From contig OZ024741.1 in the NCBI GenBank assembly GCA_964016885.1, positions 62,930,001 through 62,994,000 on the forward strand: a stretch of 64,000 nucleotides of DNA, given 5' to 3'. Positions 37,691 through 49,044 of the stretch are shown in pieces. Each line of letters begins with the position of its first letter. Position 1 is the stretch's first letter. Under the pieces are notes generated by a model that was not told where the DNA came from, did not search any database, and was given only the letters and a program-made list of their open reading frames with translations. A program made the translations under genes and the position numbers. This DNA is from Eledone cirrhosa. Its lineage: Eukaryota.

Positions 37691-38638
37691 AAAAATTGAA
37701 CATGGACAGAACAGAGAGGCAGTACGACAAATGTTTATTAGATTCACGCTCAGGAGAGTGGGGGGTAGGTGGAGGACGACGTTTCGGGCATAAGCCCTTC
37801 TTCAGGTAAGAGTTAAAAAGGTGTGTAGGGGAGTGGTGGAGAGACATATAGCGAAAGGAAACGGTGCGAATGAAAAATTAACAAATAAAGACAAAAATAT
37901 AATAAATAATAAATAAAAATAAAGCATGATCAAAATACAAGGAATGAGAACATTTAAAAATAAAGGCATGATCAAAATAAACTGAAATTAAAAGGGGGGT
38001 AAACAGGTGGTGGAAGGGTGTGGGGTGAGTAGAGGTGGAGGCGGGTGGAGTGGGGAGAGGGAGACGGGGTGTCCGAGCGGGGAGGGCTGAAGGTGGTGTG
38101 TGTGGTTAGGTGTGCGTGTGTGTGTGTGTGTGTATGTGAAAGTGAGGGTTGGGGGAAGAACGGGGTTGCATGTTCAGGAAGGTGTGTGTGGGGGGTGTTT
38201 TTGTGTGTCGGAGGGTCTGTGCGTGTGTGGATAGGGGGTGGGGGGAGAGGAATCAGGGGGCTGAGGGTGTAAATATGTGGTGGGAAGCACGTGTGTGTGG
38301 TTTAAGCGTGTTGTGGGTGTGGGTGGCGTGTGGATAAAAAAAATTTGTTTTGGGATGTGTGTGTGGGTGAGTTATATAGGTGATGGTGTTAGAGGATGGT
38401 TGAAAGTGGTAAGTTACACGGATGTATGGAGATTTTGGTTGGAAGTCAAAACGCGTGTGGGTAATCCAAGAAGCGGTGGTCGGAAGAGGAGAGATGTGGG
38501 GTGCGCGCGCAACAGGAAGTGGTCAGCAGTGGAAGTGCCGTGGTCAGTTGGTGCTGAGACAGTGGTCGGAAGGGCATAGCAGCAGTCAGCGGAATGGTAG
38601 GGAGGCGAGGATGGGTAGGTGTGAGAGTTGGAGTGAGG

Positions 38639-38695
<57 letters not shown>

Positions 38696-39145
38696 TAGTA
38701 GGGGTGTTAGTGGGATGAGTGAGTGTGGAGTGGGGAGAGAAGGGTGTGTGTGGTTCTATGGAGGGAGTGTGGTGTACTGGTGTGTGTGTAGTTGGTGAGG
38801 TGGTGTTAGTGGGTGTTAGTAGACGGGAGGTGGGGAGGGGTGGAATGCAGGTGTGAGTGGGGGTTAGTGGGGATAGGGTGTGTAGAGTTGGTGGTGTACG
38901 AGGGTGTGTGGGTACGTGTGCGTGGGGTTGGAGGGTGTTAGTGATGTTAGTTGCGTGTGGGGTGGGTGGTGTAAGTGTGTGCGTGTGATAAGGAGGGCGG
39001 GGGGGAGGAGAAGAGGGGAGGGAAGGGATGTTAGTATGTTAGTTGGGGAAGGGTGGTTAGATGAGGGGTGGAGGTGTTAGTATTGTTAGTGTGGGGTGGG
39101 CGGTGAAAAGGAGGGGTGTGTTAGTGGTGTTAGTGGGGGATAAGT

Positions 39146-39150
<5 letters not shown>
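37690..39150 (-). mobile_element. Probable Penelope-like 3' UTR/pLTR fragment with a minimal hammerhead (family H) at 37775-37810
   Basis: Minus strand: CTGAAGA-a-gggc-ttat-gccc-GAAAC-GTC, followed by aataaa; AC-rich body; (TA)n at both ends; stem I is weak. Confidence 0.6.
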
Positions 39151-39184
<34 letters not shown>

Positions 39185-39692
39185 ATATTGTTATGTATTT
39201 ATTTTACAAGATTCTTGATGTGAAAACGTCTGCTAATTCTGCCAGTGAAAAGACACGCACTAATCGATTCTCACATTTATTATTAGTTATTAGTAAGACA
39301 AAGCTCTTAATAAGACTCCCCCCCCCCCCAAAGGTGGTGTTATAGAGAAAAAGAACAAATATCATTAAGGCGTTCACAGAACGCTAATAAGCTTGAAATT
39401 AGTACATCGTTCCTGTGTCAGTGTTGAACAAAAAGATGACGTGGTTGCCTAAACACTGTACGGCGTAATTCGGGCTGTTTGTTTGTTTACAAACAAACAA
39501 ACCGAGCATTATAATAAATGTTCGGTAAACCGATACGTGCATATATATATATGTGTGCATGTATGTATATATATATACATACTACTGTACGTCTGTATAC
39601 ATATATGTATGTACGTATACATACATACATACTTACATTTAAGTAAGTGTCGTACTAAGAGTGAGAAATGAAATTTCGTTTCATTCTATTCC

Positions 39693-39736
<44 letters not shown>

Positions 39737-39755
39737 GACGTAAAATAAGAAAATA

Positions 39756-39786
<31 letters not shown>

Positions 39787-40885
39787 AAAAAAATTTTTTT
39801 CTTACTTAAATTTTCACTCCAACTAATTAGTTTCTGCAATGGGATAAAGACAGTTACGTAATCCAACTGTCGAGAATTCATTGCGTCATCAGGAAGTCTA
39901 TTCTCAGTTAAGTCTCCAGGCAATGCGCGGACACTGGCGGCTCATATAAAAATAATAATAATTCGGTAGATCGAACAGCTTGCGAGGACTGGATTCTATG
40001 TACCGAAATTCTCACTGCTTCAAGTCAAATGGCCGATTCTAAAGAATCAATCACGTGACACAGAGGCTAGTTAGAAGGAATGGGATGGTAAGATGACTGA
40101 CGCCTACTAACACCCCAAAAAAAATTTTTTTAGAAGTGGTTTTGACAAGTTTGCTCGACAAATCAGTGATTTGGAGATAAATATAGATAATTTAATATAT
40201 CAACTAACATAAGCGCACAGATGCACGCCCATGCCAGCAAATACACAGGTTATGTCATAGTACCTAGGTGGTTCAATGCAGGAGAATGCAGAACAATAAT
40301 ATAAAGGACGTAAAATAAGAAAATATATATATTTTTTTTTTTTTTTTTTTTTTTAATTTTTTTCTTACTTAAATTTTCACTCCAACTAATTAGTTTCTGC
40401 AATGGGATAAAGACAGTTACGTAATCCAACTGTCGAGAATTCATTGCGTCATCAGGAAGTCTATTCTCAGTTAAGTCTCCAGGCAATGCGCGGACACTGG
40501 CGGCTCATATAAAAATAATAATAATTCGGTAGATCGAACAGCTTGCGAGGACTGGATTCTATGTACCGAAATTCTCACTGCTTCAAGTCAAATGGCCGAT
40601 TCTAAAGAATCAATCACGTGACACAGAGGCTAGTTAGAAGGAATGGGATGGTAAGATGACTGACGCCTACTAACACCCCAAAAAAAATTTTTTTAGAAGT
40701 GGTTTTGACAAGTTTGCTCGACAAATCAGTGATTTGGAGATAAATATAGATAATTTAATATATCAACTAACATAAGCGCACAGATGCACGCCCATGCCAG
40801 CAAATACACAGGTTATGTCATAGTACCTAGGTGGTTCAATGCAGGAGAATGCAGAACAATAATATAAAGGACGTAAAATAAGAAA

Positions 40886-40925
<40 letters not shown>

Positions 40926-42656
40926 AAAAAAATTTTTTTCTTACTTAAATTTTCACTCCAACTAATTAGTTTCTGCAATGGGATAAAGACAGTTACGTAA
41001 TCCAACTGTCGAGAATTCATTGCGTCATCAGGAAGTCTATTCTCAGTTAAGTCTCCAGGCAATGCGCGGACACTGGCGGCTCATATAAAAATAATAATAA
41101 TTCGGTAGATCGAACAGCTTGCGAGGACTGGATTCTATGTACCGAAATTCTCACTGCTTCAAGTCAAATGGCCGATTCTAAAGAATCAATCACGTGACAC
41201 AGAGGCTAGTTAGAAGGAATGGGATGGTAAGATGACTGACGCCTACTAACACCCCAAAAAAAATTTTTTTAGAAGTGTTTTTGACAAGTTTGCTCGACAA
41301 ATCAGTGATTTGGAGATAAATATAGATAATTTAATATATCAACTAACATAAGCGCACAGATGCACGCCCATGCCAGCAAATACACAGGTTATGTCATAGT
41401 ACCTAGGTGGTTCAATGCAGGAGAATGCAGAACAATAATATAAAGGACGTAAAATAAGAAAATATTTTTTTTTTTTTTTTTTTTTTTAAATTTAAAAAAA
41501 TTTTTTTTCTTACTTAAATTTTCACTCCAACTAATTAGTTTCTGCAATGGGATAAAGACAGTTACGTAATCCAACTGTCGAGAATTCATTGCGTCATCAG
41601 GAAGTCTATTCTCAGTTAAGTCTCCAGGCAATGCGCGGACACTGGCGGCTCATATAAAAATAATAATAATTCGGTAGATCGAACAGCTTGCGAGGACTGG
41701 ATTCTATGTACCGAAATTCTCACTGCTTCAAGTCAAATGGCCGATTCTAAAGAATCAATCACGTGACACAGAGGCTAGTTAGAAGGAATGGGATGGTAAG
41801 ATGACTGACGCCTACTAACACCCCAAAAAAAATTTTTTTAGAAGTGGTTTTGACAAGTTTGCTCGACAAATCAGTGATTTGGAGATAAATATAGATAATT
41901 TAATATATCAACTAACATAAGCGCACAGATGCACGCCCATGCCAGCGGCCATTTGACTTGAAGCAGTGAGAATTTCGGTACATAGAATCCAGTCCTCGCA
42001 AGCTGTTCGATCTACCGAATTATTATTATTTTTATATGAGCCGCCAGTGTCCGCGCATTGCCTGGAGACTTAACTGAGAATAGACTTCCAGATGACGCAA
42101 TGAATTCTCGACAGTTGGATTACGTAACTGTCTTTATCCCATTGCAGAAACTAATTAGTTGGAGTGAAAATTTAAGTAAGAAAAAAATTTTTTTTAAATT
42201 TAAAAAAAAAAAAAAAAAAAAATATATATATTTTCTTATTTTACGTCCTTTATATTATTGTTCTGCATTCTCCTGCATTGAACCACCTAGGTACTATGAC
42301 ATAACCTGTGTATTTGCTGGCATGGGCGTGCATCTGTGCGCTTATGTTAGTTGATATATTAAATTATCTATATTTATCTCCAAATCACTGATTTGTCGAG
42401 CAAACTTGTAAAAACCACTTCTAAAAAAATTTTTTTTGGGGTGTTAGTAGGCGTCAGTCATCTTACCATCCCATTCCTTCTAACTAGCCTCTGTGTCACG
42501 TGATTGATTCTTTAGAATCGGCCATTTGACTTGAAGCAGTGAGAATTTCGGTACATAGAATCCAGTCCTCGCAAGCTGTTCGATCTACCGAATTATTATT
42601 ATTTTTATATGAGCCGCCAGTGTCCGCGCATTGCCTGGAGACTTAACTGAGAATAG

Positions 42657-42738
42657 ACTTCCTGATGACGCAATGAATTCTCGACAGTTGGATTACGTAA
42701 CTGTCTTTATCCCATTGCAGAAACTAATTAGTTGGAGT
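42657..42738 (+). ncRNA. Type I hammerhead ribozyme (family A); copies at +42084, +43230, +43911 and - 39816-39897, 40379-40460, 40955-41036, 41524-41605
   Basis: acttc-CTGATGA-c-gcaatg..(gacagtt..aactgtc)..cattgc-a-GAAAC-taatta-GTT-ggagt; palindromic stem III aactaattagtt. Confidence 0.85.
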
Positions 42739-42767
42739 GAAAATTTAAGTAAGAAAAAAATTTTTTT

Positions 42768-42801
<34 letters not shown>

Positions 42802-43340
42802 TATTTTCTTATTTTACGTCCTTTATATTATTGTTCTGCATTCTCCTGCATTGAACCACCTAGGTACTATGACATAACCTGTGTATTTGCTGGCATGGGC
42901 GTGCATCTGTGCGCTTATGTTAGTTGATATATTAAATTATCTATATTTATCTCCAAATCACTGATTTGTCGAGCAAACTTGTCAAAACCACTTCTAAAAA
43001 AATTTTTTTTGGGGTGTTAGTAGGCGTCAGTCATCTTACCATCCCATTCCTTCTAACTAGCCTCTGTGTCACGTGATTGATTCTTTAGAATCGGCCATTT
43101 GACTTGAAGCAGTGAGAATTTCGGTACATAGAATCCAGTCCTCGCAAGCTGTTCGATCTACCGAATTATTATTATTTTTATATGAGCCGCCAGTGTCCGC
43201 GCATTGCCTGGAGACTTAACTGAGAATAGACTTCCTGATGACGCAATGAATTCTCGACAGTTGGATTACATAACTGTCTTTATCCCATTGCAGAAACTAA
43301 TTAGTTGGAGTGAAAATTTAAGTAAGAAAAAAATTTTTTT

Positions 43341-43373
<33 letters not shown>

Positions 43374-43755
43374 TATTTTCTTATTTTACGTCCTTTATAT
43401 TATTGTTCTGCATTCTCCTGCATTGAACCACCTAGGTACTATGACATAACCTGTGTATTTGCTGGCATGGGCGTGCATCTGTGCGCTTATGTTAGTTGAT
43501 ATATTAAATTATCTATATTTATCTCCAAATCACTGATTTGTCGAGCAAACTTGTAAAAACCACTTCTAAAAAAATTTTTTTTGGGGTGTTAGTAGGCGTC
43601 AGTCATCTTACCATCCCATTCCTTCTAACTAGCCTCTGTGTCACGTGATTGATTCTTTAGAATCGGCCATTTGACTTGAAGCAGTGAGAATTTCGGTACA
43701 TAGAATCCAGTCCTCGCAAGCTGTTCGATCTACCGAATTATTATTATTTTTATAT

Positions 43756-43848
43756 CCTGCCGAGGTAGACTTTGCCTTTCATCCTTGATAAAATAAAGTA
43801 CCAGTAATGCACTGGGTAATTGCTGGCCTTGTGCCTAAAGTAGAAACA
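43756..43848 (+). mobile_element. Truncated SINE inserted in the last array unit
   Basis: 16-bp TSD attattatttttatat at 43740-43755 and 43849-43864. Confidence 0.92.
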
Positions 43849-44021
43849 ATTATTATTTTTATATGAGCCGCCAGTGTCCGCGCATTGCCTGGAGACTTAA
43901 CTGAGAATAGACTTCCTGATGACGCAATGAATTCTCGACAGTTGGATTACGTAACTGTCTTTATCCCATTGCAGAAACTAATTAGTTGGAGTGAAAATTT
44001 AAGTAAGAAAAAAATTTTTTT

Positions 44022-44059
<38 letters not shown>

Positions 44060-44194
44060 TTTCTTATTTTACGTCCTTTATATTATTGTTCTGCATTCTC
44101 CTGCATTGAACCACCTAGGTACTATGACATAACCTGTGTATTTGCTGGCATGGGCGTGCATCTGTGCGCTTATGTTAGTTGATATATTAAATTA

Positions 44195-44240
<46 letters not shown>

Positions 44241-44243
<3 letters not shown>

Positions 44244-44748
44244 ATAATAATAAAATTGAAGACTAAAATCCAAATTCTGTATTGTATTTATTTACTTTGT
44301 TCTTAACTCTGTAGCGGAGATTCATTTGGTCTCCTAGTTAGAATTTTAGTCTACGACTTCTGCTATACCATTTACGTGGTTTTGTCTTTGCGTGCTATTG
44401 TTCTCCACGCTCCACATATGACTTATTATCTTCGTATTTTTCGTTCATTGCCAGAGAACGTCTCTATGCACCACCTAAGAGAACATTAGTCTACGACCTC
44501 TTTTATACCATAAACGTGGTTCTGTCTTTGCGCGTAATTGTTTTTCACCGCTCCTATTATTCGTTTTTTCCCGTTCTTTGCCAGCGAACGTTCCCACGAG
44601 CCAAAGTATCGTCTTACTGTCTTCCTCCGGTTGCAACGTTTTTTGAAATATCCAGTTCTGCGTTTACAGATTGACTTTGTTAGTTTCAGAAGATCCCGTT
44701 AAGGGTGAAAGCAGCGATTCTTTGCTTAAACTTTAATCTGTTATTTTA

Positions 44749-44840
<92 letters not shown>

Positions 44841-45060
44841 ATAATAATAAATTTGAAGACTAAAATCCAAAGAGGGCTCGATAAGGATAAATATATATCA
44901 AATATATAAGAATCGTAGAACAAATATTTATTAAAATAACAGATTAAAGTTTAAGCAAAGAATCGCTGCTTTCACCCTTAACGAGATCTTCCGAAGATCC
45001 CGTTTAGGGTGAAAGCACCGATTCTTTGCTTAAACTTTAATCTGTTATTTGAATAAATAT
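44241..45060 (+). mobile_element. (TA)n-bounded non-coding element with hammerhead family D, plus adjacent inverted and direct end copies
   Basis: 44682-44732: agttt-CAGAAGA-t-ccc-gttaa-ggg-t-GAAAGCA-gcgattctt-TGCTT-aaact; inverted copy at ~44925-44990 and direct copy (CCGAAGA) at 44991-45058. Confidence 0.75.
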
Positions 45061-45164
45061 ATATATATGTATATATGCAAAGGTTTTATTTAAAATTGTT
45101 GGGTTACAAAAAGTAAATATTTTATAACTGATATAAAGCACTCAACATGTTTTTGGAGTATATA

Positions 45165-46002
45165 TACGATATTAAACAAATGAAAACTATATTTATAAAA
45201 CCATATTTATTTCATTATACATATTTCAGGGATAACATATTACAAATATGGCATGCCTTCGTCAGATAAAATACAATATATAAACAGTTTTATAAATAAT
45301 TTGGACGTACCATATGATAAGCGACCATTAAATTAGGAAGCTGTCTGGTATATATATATAAATATGGTATATTGACCTCAGAGTTTTAAACTAAACATAT
45401 GGTCATTATTGAACAATGTTATTTTCTCATATTATATATCTATGTCTCATTCATGAATATTGATATTTGCATTCTTATTATCCATTTCATATGAATTGAT
45501 AATTCAAATTGATATGACATGACGTAAAGATGTAACTATATCCTTCTCTCTATATATAGCACTTTCTCCTCTCTCTTGAGTTTGTCGTTGTGTATGATGA
45601 ATTATTATGTATCTATCGCTTTCATTTGCCTCTCCTATTTATCTCTTGTTTCTCTTTCACTTCCTCCTATATATTTGTATTTATATTTTCTCTCTCCCCC
45701 CCCCCCCTCTCTCTCTCTCCGTTTTTTCTTTTTCTTTATCTGCAGTTTTTTCTTTCTCTCCGTCTTTTTTCTAACTGTGCTTAACACTATAACTAAATAA
45801 TTATAAACAAATCACTACCCAGACAGCTTCCTAATGTAATGGTTGCTTATAATATGGTACGTCAAAATTATTTATAAAACTGTTTATATATTGTATTTTA
45901 TCTGACGAAGGCATGCCATATTTGTAATATGGTATCCCTGAAATATGTATAATGAAATAAATATGGTTTTATAGATATAGTTTCCATTTGTTTAATATCG
46001 TA

Positions 46003-46003
<1 letters not shown>
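45165..46003. mobile_element. pLTR-like element with ~185-bp inverted arms, each carrying a hammerhead (family B)
   Basis: 45165-45350 is the reverse complement of ~45818-46003; HHR + 45895-45958 (attttat-CTGACGA-agg..cct-GAAAT-atgt-ATA-atgaaat) and - 45209-45272. Confidence 0.85.
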
Positions 46004-46076
<73 letters not shown>

Positions 46077-46079
<3 letters not shown>

Positions 46080-46369
46080 GCTGCCAACTCGTTTTCGAGT
46101 ACAGCCACTACCTTATATCCATGTAGGAGGACCCCTACCGATGCGCTGAATGAGTGTGGCTTTTTAGTCCAGCCAGCGACTTGAAAACTCTGGTACAATC
46201 ACTACACTTGGGACAATTATTGACACATAATGCTGGGCCCTTGGTACCATGTGACGACAGGTGCAGAGAGATCTCCAGATGTAAAGCAATGCCTGTGCCG
46301 TGAAGCTTTTATAGTGAACAAAGGCACTGCACAAAGCCAGTCCCACTCTCTTAACCAAGATGATATTTA

Positions 46370-46433
<64 letters not shown>

Positions 46434-46755
46434 TGGCTGCCAACTCGTTTTCGAGTACGGCCACTACTTTATATCCATGTAGGAGAACCCCTACCGATGC
46501 GCTGAACGAATGTGACTTTTTAGTCCAGCCAGCGACGTGAAAACTCTGGTACAAAGACTACACTTGTGACCATTATTGACACATAGTGCAGGGCCCATGG
46601 TACCATGTGATGACAAGTGCAGAGAGATCTCAAGATATAAAGCAATGCCTGTGCTGTGAAGCTTTTATAGTGAGCAAAGGCACTGCACAAAGCCAGTCCC
46701 ACTCTCTTAACCAAAATGATATTTACCAAATGGTCCACCTGGTTCCTTATCACAC
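46077..46755 (-). mobile_element. Two tandem ~295-bp fragments ending in a C2H2 finger, hairpin and (TA)n; probable LINE (RTE-like) 3' ends
   Basis: 46077-46371 ~ 46433-46728; minus frame CSDCTRVFKSLAGLKSHTHSAHR*; terminal hairpin gtggctg..actcg-tttt-cgagt..cagccac. Confidence 0.55.
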
Positions 46756-47201
46756 TTAGCTAATAAGCTTGAAACTAGTACATCGTTCCTGTGTCAGTGT
46801 TGAACAAAAGGGCGACTATGGTTGTCTGAACTCTGTACGGTGTAATTCGGGCTGTTTGTTTGTTTACAAACAAACAAACCGAACATTATAATAAATGTTC
46901 GGTAAACCCATACGTACATATATATATGTGTGTATGTATGTATATATATACATACTACTGTACGTCTGTATACATATATGTATGTACGTATACATACATA
47001 CTTATATATATATAATGTTATATATATATGTTAATATATTTGAAGATGGTCATTTTGCCAACTTTGTTGATTTGAAAAACACAGGCATTATTCATTTTCA
47101 TTTCAGTTTTATTATTAATTGGTTAGTTCTTTAGACACACTTTCTGTGAACGCCTTAATGATATTTGCTCTTTTTTATCTATAACACCTCATTTATATGT
47201 A

Positions 47202-47991
47202 TACTATCAGAATGGCCCGGCGTTGCTCGGGATTTGCTATAGGGTTCTTATATATTTGATTTATATTTATCCTTATCGAACCTCGTGATATAAATACGTT
47301 TGTTTATATTTTGTTATTGTGTATGCAAAAATATCTGTCCATAAATATATAATTATATATATATATATATTAAAATAATAGACTAAAGTTTAAGCAAAGA
47401 ATCACTGCTTTCACCCTTAACGGGATATTCTATCTAAAAGCAGTATGATGTACATACACAAAGACTAATTGATGTAATCTTTGGCCTTGTTTGTTTATAT
47501 TTTGTTTTTGTGTATGCAAAAATATCTGTACACGAATATCTATATTAAAATAATATATTAATGTTTAAGCAAAGAATCGCTGCTTTCAACCTTAACGGGA
47601 TCTTCTTAAACTAAAAAAATCAATCTGGAAAACAGGAAGACGATACTTTAGTTCGTGAAGACGTTCCCAGGCATAAGAATATATATACACACACACTGAT
47701 CGCGTCATAATGACGTAATACAGACAGTCAGGCATACAGACAGATATTATGAAGGCGCGACGTCATATCTATGTATCTATCTAAAGAGAGAAAGACTAAG
47801 GGAAAGAGAAAGAGATGGCTAAATCGCCTAATGCTGTCCCTAGGGCATGTGAAAATTTAAAACCTGTTTTGCTCAAAACACTTCCGGAGTCATACAAGTT
47901 ACATGTATGAAGTTTGAAAAAAACCGGTTGGGTACTTCTCGAGTTTTAGGGAAAAAGACACACAGACATCCTCTGTTTTATATATATAGAT
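47202..47991 (+). mobile_element. Non-autonomous Helitron/Helentron-like element containing family D hammerhead fragments
   Basis: 5' tacta..cccggcgttgctcggg; 3' aagtttg..ttctcgagtttt..acacacagacatcc..ttttatatatatagat; these ends resemble those of non-autonomous Helitron-like repeats. Confidence 0.5.
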
Positions 47992-48048
<57 letters not shown>

Positions 48049-48052
48049 GAGG

Positions 48053-48165
<113 letters not shown>

Positions 48166-48182
48166 AATATATACTCACACAC

Positions 48183-48288
<106 letters not shown>

Positions 48289-48314
48289 CCTATATATATA
48301 TGTGTGTGAGTATA

Positions 48315-48576
<262 letters not shown>

Positions 48577-48599
48577 CCTCTGCATATATATATATATAT

Positions 48600-48840
48600 A
48601 AAAAAAGATGAAATCGAAAATGCAACTGGAGTCTTATTTAAAAAAATATATATATATTTATTTGGTTCCTTTACCGGTTTCGCAGTTCTTCTGCTTTTCA
48701 AAACGAGAAAAACCACAGACCCTCCATCTCAACTCTACTTTTGAAAAGCAGAATAACTGCGAAACCGGTAAAGGAACCAAATAAATATATATATATTTTT
48801 AAAAATAAGACTCTAGTTGCATTTTCGATTTCATCTTTTT
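48600..48840. mobile_element. Fold-back (~100-bp arms) carrying a U3-A8 hammerhead variant (family E)
   Basis: 48600-48703 inverted to 48739-48840; ctt-TTGAAAA-gcag-aataa-ctgc-GAAAC-cg-GTA-aag at 48738-48773. Confidence 0.75.
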
Positions 48841-48936
48841 TCTTTATACTTTCACTCGTGTAGGACAGCTCGGTTATTTTTCATTTTTCAAAAAAAACCT
48901 CACTTTCTTATATATATATATATATATATGTGTATG

Positions 48937-49030
<94 letters not shown>

Positions 49031-49044
49031 AAAGTGAGGTTAGT

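Larger units (their letters stand above)
39729..44199. repeat. Mirror-image tandem array of a ~573-bp hammerhead-containing unit (retrozyme/pLTR-like)
   Basis: ~3.9 units on - (39729-41946) and ~3.75 units on + (41946-44199); periods 563-576 bp differ mainly in poly-A length; (TA)n at both outer ends. Confidence 0.95.

Noticed and set aside
39681-44109. Repeated small ORF MPGDLTENRLPDDAMNSRQ...
   Set aside because: Starts at TTG, overlaps the hammerhead, runs through variable-length poly-A that changes frame between copies, and is not preserved in the 16.4-kb homolog.
39729-44199. CRISPR-like array
   Set aside because: Whole units are near-identical with no unique spacers; eukaryotic context and no cas genes.
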